DNA from: an uncultured Bacilli bacterium
GTDB taxonomy: Bacteria; Bacillota_I; Bacilli_A; RFN20; CAG-826
Length of the DNA: 64,000 nucleotides
NCBI GenBank assembly: GCA_905235705.1
Contig: CAJOML010000001.1
Span: forward strand, 12,118 to 76,117
Reading direction: 5' to 3'
The notes under the pieces are model-generated. The model was not told the origin of the DNA and did not search any database. It saw only the letters and a program-made list of their open reading frames with translations. This document shows positions 16,957 through 26,570 of the stretch, one piece after another. Position 1 is the first letter of the stretch. The number at the start of each line of letters is the position of its first letter. The position numbers and the translations under genes were made by a program.

Positions 16957-18231
16957 ATGTCTATTAACGAAAAAATCGAAGAATTTCTCAATTTATCTCA
17001 TTCCCCTTTCCATGTGATTCACCAAATGGAGGAATACGCCGCTTCTTGCGACAACATCCAATTCGGGACTGATTTTGTCCCTGGCAAGAATGTCTGCCTA
17101 AAAAGAAATGGTTCGAGCATCGCCTTGATTAAGCTGCCAGAAGGTAAGATAAACGCGGTTAAAGTCAGCGCCACCCACAGCGATTCCCCCTCTTTCAAAA
17201 TCAAACCGAATCCCCTTTTAAGGAAAAAAGATTTGGCTTGCCTAAACGTCGAGCCCTATGGCGGGCTGATTATCTCGCCTTGGTTCGATCGTGCCTTGAG
17301 CTTTGCTGGACGTATCGTCTATGAAGAAGACGGACAAATTAAATCTTCTTTAGTCGACATTGATGATGACCTTCTTGTTATTCCGAATTTATGCATTCAC
17401 ATGAACCGGGATATTAATAACGGCCACGCCTATAACGCCGCCAAAGAAACACTTCCTTTATTTGCCTCCAATTTGCCCGAGGATTTTGATTTCGGGAAGT
17501 ACGTGATGGAGAAAGCCGGTTGCAATGGTAACTTAATTTCCCATGACCTGTTCCTTAATGTGCGTGAAAAAGCGAAACGCGTCGGCAAAGACCACGAGTT
17601 CATCATGAGCCCACGTCTAGATGATCTATCCTCGGCTTATTCTTGTTTCTTGGCTTTCCTTGATTCCGTTCCCGTTGAAGGACAAGCCGATGTCTTTGTT
17701 TGCTATGATAATGAAGAAGTCGGCTCGTTAACTAAGCAAGGCGCCTCCTCGACCTTCCTTGGCGAAATCATCGATTGTATCGCCGAAGCTTATCATCTTA
17801 GTGCCCAAGAAAAAGCCGAAGTCCTTAGACGGAGCTTCATGATGAGTGTGGATAATGCCCACGCAAATCATCCCAATTACCCTGAGATTTCTGATGCCAC
17901 GACCTCCGTAAAATTAAATGGCGGCATCGTCATCAAATACAACGCTAACCAATCCTATACCACCGATGCTTTATCCGCCTCTTATGTCAAATTGATCGCC
18001 AAAGAAGCCGGCGTCGATTTCCAAGAATATACGAACCGTTCCGATTTGAGGGGTGGATCCACTTTGGGCAATTTGTCGAATAATCAGGTCTCCTTGAACT
18101 GCGCCGATATCGGTATGCCCCAACTTGCCATGCATTCTTGCATGGAGACGCAAGGGGTGAAAGACCTTGATGCGATGTTTGAGTTCATCAAGGCTTTCTA
18201 CCAAACCAATTTATTACCCTTGGCTTTCTAA
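16957..18231 (+). CDS. apeB: M18 family aspartyl aminopeptidase
   Basis: HSDSP, VEPYGG, RLDDL, DNEEVGS, DNAHA.HPNY, GGSTLG, QLAMHS. Confidence 0.92.
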   Translation: MSINEKIEEFLNLSHSPFHVIHQMEEYAASCDNIQFGTDFVPGKNVCLKRNGSSIALIKLPEGKINAVKVSATHSDSPSFKIKPNPLLRKKDLACLNVEPYGGLIISPWFDRALSFAGRIVYEEDGQIKSSLVDIDDDLLVIPNLCIHMNRDINNGHAYNAAKETLPLFASNLPEDFDFGKYVMEKAGCNGNLISHDLFLNVREKAKRVGKDHEFIMSPRLDDLSSAYSCFLAFLDSVPVEGQADVFVCYDNEEVGSLTKQGASSTFLGEIIDCIAEAYHLSAQEKAEVLRRSFMMSVDNAHANHPNYPEISDATTSVKLNGGIVIKYNANQSYTTDALSASYVKLIAKEAGVDFQEYTNRSDLRGGSTLGNLSNNQVSLNCADIGMPQLAMHSCMETQGVKDLDAMFEFIKAFYQTNLLPLAF

Positions 18232-18310
18232 GGGGACAAGAAACGCTTAACAACAGTGGTTCACTTTATTTAAAGTGTAATCACGTCTTTTTTCCGTTAT
18301 CATATTAGCG

Positions 18311-18955
18311 ATGGAAAGACCTGCTCTGATTTTTGATTTAGACGGAACATTATGGGATGCTTGTGTCCCCGTAGGCGAAGCTTGGACGATTGTCGGGCGC
18401 CGCTATTTTGGCAAGGATTATTTAGTCAGCGCCGAGATGGCTAAATCGCAAATGGGCCGAACCATGGACGAAATCGGCAAGAATTTGTCCTACCTCGGCT
18501 TAGATGAGGACAGGATGGAAACCTTCATGAAAGAATGTTTCGATTATGAAGTGGAATATCTTAAAGACCACCCGGGCGCTTTATTCGAAGATGAAATCAT
18601 CGCCTTGAATTCATTGAAAAAGATGGGCTTCCGTTTATTCATCGTATCGAATTGCCAATGTGGCTATATCGAAAATTTCCTTCCCTTGGTCGAAGGGATT
18701 TTCGAAGACTACCTTTGTTTTGGCGATACATTATCTCCCAAGAACGTTACGATCCGTGAACTAATGAAAAAGCACCAACTTAAAGATGCCATTTATATCG
18801 GCGATACCGACCGGGATGAGGTTGCCACGCGTCTTGCTGGCCTCCGTTTCATCCATGCCGCATATGGATTTGGCAACGCGAATAATCCCGATGGAGTGGT
18901 GCGCCAATTTGGCGAATATCCAATCGTGTTAAGCGAAATTTGCAAGGATTTTTAA
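18311..18955 (+). CDS. HAD-family hydrolase (phosphoglycolate phosphatase-like)
   Basis: FDLDGTLWD, IVSNC, YIGDT..D. Confidence 0.9.
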   Translation: MERPALIFDLDGTLWDACVPVGEAWTIVGRRYFGKDYLVSAEMAKSQMGRTMDEIGKNLSYLGLDEDRMETFMKECFDYEVEYLKDHPGALFEDEIIALNSLKKMGFRLFIVSNCQCGYIENFLPLVEGIFEDYLCFGDTLSPKNVTIRELMKKHQLKDAIYIGDTDRDEVATRLAGLRFIHAAYGFGNANNPDGVVRQFGEYPIVLSEICKDF

Positions 18956-18959
18956 GATT

Positions 18960-19358
18960 ATGGATGAAGAAAACAGCGAGATAAAAGTCGTAAGCGATAC
19001 TGAATTTGTCTTAAGCGAAAGCCAAAAAGACATCATTAAAGAAGGCATCGAAAAAGTCGAGACCCTCAATGATTTCATCTCCGTTTTCGTCACCGCCGAT
19101 TCCTTTGTCCGGGCCCAAGGATCCCCCAGCGAAGAATACGAAGTTTTATTCCGCTCTACCCAAAACGCGATAAACATGATGTCTGATACTTTGAATTTCC
19201 CTGAGGATATCAAAGTCATGTCCCCGATTGTCTTCATGATGTTATTTTCAGCCTATTTGACTTTTATCCACGTCTATTCAAGCGAAGAACAAGAAAGCCT
19301 TGGGCAAGCCTTACTAGAGGCGACTGGTGTGATTAAGAAAAACACCCCTAAAGCGTGA
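18960..19358 (+). CDS. Hypothetical protein
   Basis: 132-aa ORF with host-like codon use, 4 bp after the HAD gene. Confidence 0.7.
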   Translation: MDEENSEIKVVSDTEFVLSESQKDIIKEGIEKVETLNDFISVFVTADSFVRAQGSPSEEYEVLFRSTQNAINMMSDTLNFPEDIKVMSPIVFMMLFSAYLTFIHVYSSEEQESLGQALLEATGVIKKNTPKA

Positions 19359-19408
19359 ACACTTGCGCGCTACGCGAAAGGGTTTAAAATATGCCAAGAG
19401 GTAATTTT

Positions 19409-19696
19409 ATGGAAAAAGACGCAGTTAAGTCTTTGGAACAACTTGTCCAACAAGCCAAAGAAAGAAACGCCGCCCTCAACGAAGAGGTAGACCAAGCCCT
19501 AAGCGAGTCTTTAGCTAACTATGGTGCTTCCCAAGAAGCTACTTTAAAATCGGCCGAAGAACTTTACGAGGAAACCTATCGCGACATTCAGTTGCGGGCT
19601 AAAAGAAGTATCCGCGAGCAAGATGAAAAATCGACCCAATCCCTTTTAAATGTCTATCACGGAACGAAAAAAGAGGAGGAACAGCAAGATGCCTGA
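19409..19696 (+). CDS. Small coiled-coil hypothetical protein (95 aa)
   Basis: GAGG RBS; TTGCGC...TAAAAT promoter-like sequence upstream; heptad-like E/Q/K-rich sequence. Confidence 0.7.
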   Translation: MEKDAVKSLEQLVQQAKERNAALNEEVDQALSESLANYGASQEATLKSAEELYEETYRDIQLRAKRSIREQDEKSTQSLLNVYHGTKKEEEQQDA

Positions 19697-19970
19697 GAAT
19701 ACAGTTAGCCCAGAACTTCTTGCGGCGGTGACAGAGCGCCACCTTGCCGAAGAAGAACGTGCCCGCTCCTATTCCCTCAAAAGGGAACAAATCGCCTCCT
19801 CGGTTACCTTGACGGTCGAAAAATTAAACAAAACGAGCCAAGACGTGACCGCTTCCCAAATCCAGACAATGGAACAATTTTCCGCTTGTGTCGCCTCCAT
19901 TAATGCCTCTTATGCTGACTTAGTAAGGAAGATCAAAGAGGTCGGTCCCGAAGAAAGCGAGGGTGAATAA
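19689..19970 (+). CDS. Small helical hypothetical protein (93 aa)
   Basis: GAGGAGG RBS before ATG 19689; overlaps the previous stop. Confidence 0.7.
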   Translation: MPENTVSPELLAAVTERHLAEEERARSYSLKREQIASSVTLTVEKLNKTSQDVTASQIQTMEQFSACVASINASYADLVRKIKEVGPEESEGE

Positions 19971-19971
19971 T

Positions 19972-21855
19972 ATGTCTGAACGCATCATCATTGCCCAAGG
20001 GCAGACGCCCGAAGCCATTCAAAAGGAAACCGAAGAAATCCGCAAAGAGATCGAATCCATCAAAGCCATTCGCCCTTATGCTGAAATCAATTTGGAAAAG
20101 ACCGAGGAACAAATTCACCGTGTTGGCGATAATTTAGGGAAAATCGCCGAACTCGAAGGTAAGTTCGCCGCATTAGAAGCCCTATGCGATTCTTTTATCA
20201 AAGGACGCGAAGATATTGCCCACTATGGCAAACTCTCGGAAGAGATCGTTGCTTTTGTCCGCGAACTTGTCGCCCAAAAACGTTATGGAGAAGCCCGCGA
20301 AGGCGCCAAGTTGCTTTTGAATAAATTCTTGACCCTCGATTATGGGTTCACCTTAAAACTGCAGAAAGCCATTCAGGAAATCGAAGGCCATCTCATCGCG
20401 GAAGTTTATTTCCAAGAAAACGAGAACCATATCGAAGAAAATACTCCCTTTGAAGAAGAGAATCTTAAAGCCTATGAAGAGCTTATTCCCGAATTAGGCG
20501 TTGAGCTCGATGGTGAAAAGAGCCGTTATTTCCATGCCGACCGGATCATCGGCTTCCGTTATGTCGATGCTTACCGCGCTTACGAAGAAAAAATCGATGG
20601 ACCCGAAGCCTTAATGAACGCAGTCATTCTCGATGGCGAGCTCAATAAAGGCGGTCTTGAACTGTCTGAAGTTACCCAAGATCGCAGGAAATTATTCCTT
20701 GATTTGATCCAATCCCGTTTTGATGTTCTTTCCCAAGAGGCTTTTGTCGGAGAAGTCTATGAGAACGCCCTCTTCTATTATGAACATCGCGATTGCATCG
20801 ATGTCAGTCTCTTAACCAGACAAGAATATTGTCTCCCGACCGAAGAAGAGTTCCACATGGCTTTCCTTAGCGAACGTGCCTCAAGGATGACGGCCGACGA
20901 ATTCTTTGCTTTCGCCAAGAGCTTAGAACCTTCCATTATTGCCGGGGATGCATTCACGATTTGTTTTGTCTCTTTGATGCTTTCTTCGGAAAAACTACCC
21001 GAATCCAAATTCGAATTGTTGGCCGCCTCTTTAGCGGGATGTGGCTTCGAAGCTTTGTTAATCGTCTTCGGTAAAGCGATGGATAACGGGCTTAGCGAAG
21101 AAAGACAATTCTCCTTGCTAAGTATGCTTATTCACGAGAAGAAGAAGGTTTGCACCTTGGATAAGGTCGCCCCCGCCCTTCTTGTCCTTGATCAGAAACT
21201 TGCCCCCTCGCAGCAAAAAGCATATGGGGCTTTACGCCGCGATTTGTTGCGTTCACCCCACAGCAAAAAAGCCATCGTCAAATCAAATGACGAATCTACC
21301 CATGCCTTGGTTGGCGAAACCAAAGCCACCTTCCGTGCACCGATGGGCAAGAAAATCAAAAACCCAAAAATCAAATCTTGGGATTTCATGTCGAAGCTAT
21401 TCTATGTGGCCTTTGCCATTATCCTCCCCTTGCTTTTAGCAGGTACTGCCGCAGCATTGATTTCGTTTACCCAGCTCGGTGATTCTTGGAAATACATTCT
21501 TTATATCGCTCCCTTTGCCGCTGCCATCATCGTTGCCATGATTGCCATCGATTACCGCTTCGGTCTTGATGAACGTGGATCTGGCGTGTGGGGATGGTTC
21601 TTCCTTTGGATTGGTTTGGCGCTTGGGGTTTGCGCTTTGCTGATCTTCATCTTCCCCGACTTTGCCAAGACAAATAACCTCCCAGTTTATGCCGGCTACA
21701 GTATCCTTGGTGCCTCGGCTGTCCTAGGAATCGCTTCTGCCTTCATCAAGGTGAAGAAGAAAAAATTCTATTTTGCTATCCAAGGTATCTTGCTCCTAGT
21801 CGTCATTGGCGCTTCCGTTATGCTCGCTTTGAGATTAATGAACGGCCTTATCTAA
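19972..21855 (+). CDS. Membrane protein: N-terminal coiled/helical domain plus ~5 C-terminal TMs
   Basis: Long ORF; hydrophobic segments confined to the last ~155 aa. Confidence 0.8.
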   Translation: MSERIIIAQGQTPEAIQKETEEIRKEIESIKAIRPYAEINLEKTEEQIHRVGDNLGKIAELEGKFAALEALCDSFIKGREDIAHYGKLSEEIVAFVRELVAQKRYGEAREGAKLLLNKFLTLDYGFTLKLQKAIQEIEGHLIAEVYFQENENHIEENTPFEEENLKAYEELIPELGVELDGEKSRYFHADRIIGFRYVDAYRAYEEKIDGPEALMNAVILDGELNKGGLELSEVTQDRRKLFLDLIQSRFDVLSQEAFVGEVYENALFYYEHRDCIDVSLLTRQEYCLPTEEEFHMAFLSERASRMTADEFFAFAKSLEPSIIAGDAFTICFVSLMLSSEKLPESKFELLAASLAGCGFEALLIVFGKAMDNGLSEERQFSLLSMLIHEKKKVCTLDKVAPALLVLDQKLAPSQQKAYGALRRDLLRSPHSKKAIVKSNDESTHALVGETKATFRAPMGKKIKNPKIKSWDFMSKLFYVAFAIILPLLLAGTAAALISFTQLGDSWKYILYIAPFAAAIIVAMIAIDYRFGLDERGSGVWGWFFLWIGLALGVCALLIFIFPDFAKTNNLPVYAGYSILGASAVLGIASAFIKVKKKKFYFAIQGILLLVVIGASVMLALRLMNGLI

Positions 21856-21858
21856 CCC

Positions 21859-21984
21859 TGCAAAAACGGTTTATTCTATTTGAAATTTAAAGCAAAAATC
21901 ACCTGCTAAGAAACTCCCTGTACCACAAACAAAGTTTCAATCCGCAGGTGATTTGCGCGTTTAATGGACTTTTTAGTTCTTGCA
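21859..21984. ncRNA. Candidate structured RNA (long interrupted hairpin)
   Basis: AAATCACCTGC(21896-21906)/GCAGGTGATTT(21944-21954); inner GAAACT/AGTTTC; outer TGCAAAAAC/GTTCTTGCA. Confidence 0.4.
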
Positions 21985-22007
21985 TCCGCGCGCTCGCTAT
22001 ATATAAT
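21980..22007 (+). promoter_or_regulatory. Sigma-A promoter
   Basis: TTGCAT-N16-TATAAT upstream of the AAGGAG RBS of ORF 22034. Confidence 0.7.
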
Positions 22008-22033
22008 GAGTTAAACAAAAAAGGAGATTTTGT

Positions 22034-23104
22034 ATGAAAAAAGGTCGCGTCATCGTTGCCCTTATCCTCAATGTCCTGATCCTCGGTGTTATTGGCTTTG
22101 CTTTAGTCAATCGCGCAGTTGGGTTTATGCCCAATTCCGTGCCGGTCAGCTTTGCGGAGATGGTTAAGTCTTACATCAACGATGCAAGCATCATTTTATT
22201 TGTCGCCGCTTTGCTTTCCCTTATCGGCGACATCACCATCCTTGCCGGTAAAAAGCCAAACAAGTTTGTCAATGTGTTCAAACTCATTGGCGCCACTGGT
22301 GGCTTGGTGATTACCGCTGGGGTCCTTGCCTATTGCATTCCCTTTGGCTATGGCGGGTGGACAATTAACTTCGTCACCGACTATTACTATGGATTGCTTC
22401 TTGTCCTCGTCGCCCCTGTCCTTGGCTTAATTTCCGCCATCTTGGAAGGGCAACCCAAACTCAAATGGCCCTATGCCTTCTTTGGTTTGATCGTTCCTGG
22501 TGTCTATGCCATCGCCAACTATGTCTTTGCGATGGTTAAAATCCAAGGCTTTGAATGGTATGACACCTATCATTTATTCCAGTGGCAAGATATGACCGGG
22601 CTTTGGATTAGCGTAGCTGTCCTTGGTTCGTTTGCCGTTGGTTCCTTCCTCATCGCGTACTGCATTGTCATGCTCCGCCGCATTGGCAAGAAGCAAGAAG
22701 AAGTTCCTGCTGTCGAACCCGTTGCTGAACCCGCACCTGTGGCTGAAGAAGCCAAATCCGAAGAGCCCGCTCCTACCGAGGAGTCCAAACCTGAAGAACC
22801 CAAATCCGAAGAGCCTGCTCCAGCCCAACCTCAACCCTCGAAAAAAGTTCTTGCCCGTCGTCGCCGTTCTGCTCCTGTGGCCGCCCCGCGTCGCGCCGTC
22901 CCGACTGGACGCCCTGGCCCTCGTGTTTACCACGTTGCCAAGCATCCTAGCGGCCAATGGTCGATTAAACTTGCTTCCTCCGATAAGGTTATCAAACTCT
23001 TTGATACCCAAGCCGAAGCAATCGCTTATGCCAAGGGCTTAGTCGAAAGCCGTGGCGGATCGGTCAGAATCCACTCCGTCTCCGGAAGACTTCGCAAAGA
23101 ATAA
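22034..23104 (+). CDS. 6-TM membrane protein, Pro/Glu linker, C-terminal DUF2188 domain
   Basis: VYHV....GQWSIK......IKLFDTQAEAI..A.......GSVRIH...G is the DUF2188 pattern; EP/AP-rich linker. Confidence 0.8.
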   Translation: MKKGRVIVALILNVLILGVIGFALVNRAVGFMPNSVPVSFAEMVKSYINDASIILFVAALLSLIGDITILAGKKPNKFVNVFKLIGATGGLVITAGVLAYCIPFGYGGWTINFVTDYYYGLLLVLVAPVLGLISAILEGQPKLKWPYAFFGLIVPGVYAIANYVFAMVKIQGFEWYDTYHLFQWQDMTGLWISVAVLGSFAVGSFLIAYCIVMLRRIGKKQEEVPAVEPVAEPAPVAEEAKSEEPAPTEESKPEEPKSEEPAPAQPQPSKKVLARRRRSAPVAAPRRAVPTGRPGPRVYHVAKHPSGQWSIKLASSDKVIKLFDTQAEAIAYAKGLVESRGGSVRIHSVSGRLRKE

Positions 23105-23174
23105 AATCATTTACCTCCTAAGTATTGAATTATTTTCTCAAACGGGGAAAATTTAATGCAAAGGAGGTTTTCTT

Positions 23175-23654
23175 ATGGAAAGACGACTCAATGGACGATT
23201 GGTTGCCTCCGTCTCCCTCTTCTTAGCTACATTAATCTTATTAATCGTTATTGTCGCGATTGATTATGGCGTTGGCATCCGGGCCAGCATTGGCAATGGG
23301 CCTTACGACGATTTCGTGGCGACGATGAGATTTGGCCTTGGCGGATTATATGGAATATTCGGTTCGATTATCTTCTATGGTGGAATCGTCTTATTTATCG
23401 TTTCCTTTATTTATTTCTATATTAAGAAAACCCTCCGTTATATATTCTTACCGATTATTGGCATTTCCGCTTTTGAGATTGGGGCTTATATGCTCCAGTG
23501 CGTTTCTTATAGAGACGTAGCTGGTTTGCCAAGTTGGTATGGTGGATTTGCGATATTCGCCGTCGCGGCTTCGCTAAGCTTCGGTATTGCCGCCTTTACA
23601 TTAAGTTTTGTCTTCCCAAGACTGCTCATAAAAAAAGCCAACGATCCAGATTAA
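23175..23654 (+). CDS. 4-TM hypothetical membrane protein
   Basis: AAGGAGG RBS; four hydrophobic segments. Confidence 0.75.
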   Translation: MERRLNGRLVASVSLFLATLILLIVIVAIDYGVGIRASIGNGPYDDFVATMRFGLGGLYGIFGSIIFYGGIVLFIVSFIYFYIKKTLRYIFLPIIGISAFEIGAYMLQCVSYRDVAGLPSWYGGFAIFAVAASLSFGIAAFTLSFVFPRLLIKKANDPD

Positions 23655-23678
23655 GGTCGTTGGCTTTTCGAATACAGG

Positions 23679-24665
23679 TCATTCTTCTATTATTGGGTTT
23701 TCCGGTTTTCCATATGCCTCAAACACAGAAGAAAGAGGATCATTATGGATAACGCGCTCAATGCATTCGGCGAGCATCGAAGCTAGAGAAACAACGCGAA
23801 TGTTTTTCAAGGCACTGAAGCGTTTTGGCAAAGGAATGGAATCGGTGACGATGATTTCGTCGAAGGGCTTATCTTTTAATAAGTCATAGCAAGGGTCGGA
23901 GAAGACCGGGTGAACGGCGGCGATACGAACTGATTTAGCACCAGCGGCACGTAAGGCCTTTGCCCCGATGATAGCTGAGCGCCCCGTATCGATCATATCA
24001 TCGATCATGAAGCAATCTTTGCCAGCGACAGAACCAATGATTTCCATGACTTCGGGTTCATTGTTATGCTGGCGACGTTTATCGATGATGGCGATGGGGT
24101 GCCCTCCTAAAGAAACGGCAAGGTCACGGGCGCGTTTAACCCCGCCATGGTCAGGGGAAACGACGATGGTGTTCTCCAAATCCGTGTCAGAATTTAGAAT
24201 TGCCGAACCTAGAAGCGGAACGGCGGTCAAATCATCGACAAGGCAAGAGAAGAAGCCCTGGATTTGGGCGGCGTGGAGATTGACTGTGACGACGCGGTCA
24301 ACCCCGGCAGTGGTCAAAAGATGCGCCACCAAAGCGGCGGTGATGGGTTGCCTGGGTTTGGCTTTGCGGTCTTGTCTAGCATAACCAAAATAGGGACAGA
24401 TTAGATTAATCTCTTTCGCCGAGGCGCGCTTCAAGGCATCGATGAAAATCAATACCTCAAAAATATTATCGTTAACAGGAGGGCAAGTGGGTTGGATGAT
24501 AAAGACTTGCTTGCCGCGAACGGTTTTAATTGGCTCGACGATGATTTCGCCAGAAGGGAAATGCTTAATGGAAACTTCGGAAAGCTCAGTCCCTAACTTT
24601 TTGGCAATCGCCTTAGCGAGTTCGGGGTTCCCCGAGAGGGAGAATACGGCGGCATTTTCATTCAT
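23679..24665 (-). CDS. prs: Ribose-phosphate pyrophosphokinase
   Basis: PYFGYARQDRK, LHAAQIQGFF, VSPDHGG, DDMIDTG. Confidence 0.97.
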   Translation of the reverse strand: MNENAAVFSLSGNPELAKAIAKKLGTELSEVSIKHFPSGEIIVEPIKTVRGKQVFIIQPTCPPVNDNIFEVLIFIDALKRASAKEINLICPYFGYARQDRKAKPRQPITAALVAHLLTTAGVDRVVTVNLHAAQIQGFFSCLVDDLTAVPLLGSAILNSDTDLENTIVVSPDHGGVKRARDLAVSLGGHPIAIIDKRRQHNNEPEVMEIIGSVAGKDCFMIDDMIDTGRSAIIGAKALRAAGAKSVRIAAVHPVFSDPCYDLLKDKPFDEIIVTDSIPLPKRFSALKNIRVVSLASMLAECIERVIHNDPLSSVFEAYGKPENPIIEE

Positions 24666-24765
24666 AGGTTTTCCTCGCAGACGGCTTAATTATAAATGCG
24701 CACGTGTGGAGCAGGTAATATTTTTAGATTAATCTCACCGTTCATTAGTGTATAATGCGACCAAT

Positions 24766-25326
24766 ATGAAAAAGGTCGTCCTTACAGAAAAAGAGATTTC
24801 ATCTATTTGCCAAAAGCTCGGCGAAACCATTTCTGCCCAGTATCAAAGCAATGAAAAGCCCCCTGTCTTAATCTGCGTTATGAATGGGGCGCTGAATTTC
24901 ACGGCCGATTTAATGAAACATCTAACGATTGACGTTGCCTTTGACTATGTCCAAGTCAAATCTTGGGAAGGAACGAAATCGACTGGCCAAATCCAAATGG
25001 CCAAAGAAGTGTCGACCCCATTGGACGGACGCGATGTGATCATCGTGGAAGATATCGTCGATACGGGGCTATCCATGCATTATCTTCTCCATCACCTAAA
25101 TCAAAAGTTCAAACCGAAATCAATCAGGATTTGCGCTCTTTTCGATAAACCGTTAGGAAGAAAAATACCCGTCAAAGTTGACTTCGTCGGGTATCGTCTT
25201 GATCATGATGAATTCTTAGTCGGCTATGGCCTTGATTATAAAGGCCTAGTCCGCAATGTCCCTTATGTCTTTGTTCCCAGCGAAGAGGAAATACTCCATT
25301 GGGATGAACTGACCGACAAAGATTAA
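24766..25326 (+). CDS. hpt: Hypoxanthine phosphoribosyltransferase
   Basis: IIVEDIVDTGLS, FLVGYGLDY. Confidence 0.95.
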   Translation: MKKVVLTEKEISSICQKLGETISAQYQSNEKPPVLICVMNGALNFTADLMKHLTIDVAFDYVQVKSWEGTKSTGQIQMAKEVSTPLDGRDVIIVEDIVDTGLSMHYLLHHLNQKFKPKSIRICALFDKPLGRKIPVKVDFVGYRLDHDEFLVGYGLDYKGLVRNVPYVFVPSEEEILHWDELTDKD

Positions 25327-25952
25327 TCGAGGGTTCCGTAAATACGATCGCCTGCATCGCCAAGTCCAGGAAGGATGTAGGCTTTTTCGTTTAAGCAGCG
25401 GTCTAATGCTCCGATATAGAGAACGACTTCGGGATTTTCTTGGGTGAAGCGTTTCACCCCTTCAGGAGCGGCGATGATGCAACAGAAGGCAATGACATTG
25501 GCTCCTTTTTCTTTTAATAATTTGACGGCATCTCCAGAGGAGCCCCCGGTCGCAAGCATTGGGTCAAGAAGAATGACTTTTTTATTTTCCAAGTGAGTGG
25601 GCAGTTTGGCATAAGAGAGGTGGGAGAGAAAGGTTGCTTCATCTCGGGCCATCGCGATGAAGCCTTCGCTAGCGCAAGGCAGCATTTCCCTGGCCCCGTC
25701 TCCCATCGCTAAACCCGCCCTTAAAATCGAGACGAAGCAAATTTCCTCATCTTCTAAAGTCAAGCCGGTGCAGGTTTCTAAAGGCGTTTCGACTTGGATT
25801 TGCTTTCCCTGAAAAGTTTTCAATGCTTCGTAGGTCTCAATCATTCCGATTTCTTTGACGATAGAACGGAATAGGCCAGGGCGAGTGGCTTTGTTTCTAA
25901 GGATGGAAATCTTGTGATTAATAACCGCGTTTGACAAAATGATGGGTTCCAT
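25323..25952 (-). CDS. upp: Uracil phosphoribosyltransferase
   Basis: ILRAGL, RDEAT, DPMLATGGS, YILPGLGDAGDRIYGT; GGAGG RBS. Confidence 0.96.
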   Translation of the reverse strand: MEPIILSNAVINHKISILRNKATRPGLFRSIVKEIGMIETYEALKTFQGKQIQVETPLETCTGLTLEDEEICFVSILRAGLAMGDGAREMLPCASEGFIAMARDEATFLSHLSYAKLPTHLENKKVILLDPMLATGGSSGDAVKLLKEKGANVIAFCCIIAAPEGVKRFTQENPEVVLYIGALDRCLNEKAYILPGLGDAGDRIYGTLD

Positions 25953-25980
25953 AATAGCCTCCATTAAAAAGAAATCCCCA

Positions 25981-26496
25981 TCAATGGGGATATTTGACAA
26001 GAGAGAAGAAGGGAGCGGAAACTTTGTCTTTTCCGTTAAGGTCAGTGAGCTCGATAAGAGTAACGATGCCAACAACCTCGATGCCTTCCTCTTTTAACAT
26101 AGATTCGAGGACGGCAAGGGTTCCGCCTGTTGCCATGAGGTCATCGGCGAGGACGACCCTAGTCCCTTTCTTTAAGCCAAAGGCAGGAATCTCAAGGGTG
26201 TCGGTGCCATACTCAAGTTCATAAGTTTTGGCAATTGTCTTGCCTGGCAATTTGCCTTTTTTTCTGGCCATGAGGAAGCCTTTGCCAAGAGCGTAGGCAA
26301 GGGGAGCGCCGACGACGAATCCGCGCGCCTCGGGTCCGATGATGATATCGGGATTCAAAGGGGCAACGATGTCTTTGAGCTCCGCGATTGCGGAAGAAAA
26401 GGCCTCGCCATTAGAAAGAAGGGGGGAAATATCCTTGAACGAAATCCCGGCCTTAGGGAAGTCTTCTTGGATACGAATGTGTTGTTTGTAATCCAT
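25981..26496 (-). CDS. apt: Adenine phosphoribosyltransferase
   Basis: DFPKAGISFKDI, EARGF, RKKGKLP, YELEYG, DDLMATGGT. Confidence 0.96.
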   Translation of the reverse strand: MDYKQHIRIQEDFPKAGISFKDISPLLSNGEAFSSAIAELKDIVAPLNPDIIIGPEARGFVVGAPLAYALGKGFLMARKKGKLPGKTIAKTYELEYGTDTLEIPAFGLKKGTRVVLADDLMATGGTLAVLESMLKEEGIEVVGIVTLIELTDLNGKDKVSAPFFSLVKYPH

Positions 26497-26570
26497 ACCG
26501 AGGGATATTCTACTAGGTCTTGGATAAAGTTCAATTGGCAAACTGCCCTTTGGGCATTATGATAATCACC

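Noticed and set aside
18256-18284. Palindrome CACTTTA-TT-TAAAGTG between apeB and the HAD gene
   Set aside because: Could be an operator or weak terminator, but single, AT-rich and with no cognate regulator evident
19409-21855. V-type ATPase subunits G/H/I
   Set aside because: Size is similar to subunit I, but its conserved motifs and other ATPase genes are absent
21934-21943. GTTTCAATCC resembles a CRISPR repeat end (ATTGAAAC on minus)
   Set aside because: Single copy, no spacer periodicity, no cas genes; it is part of a hairpin
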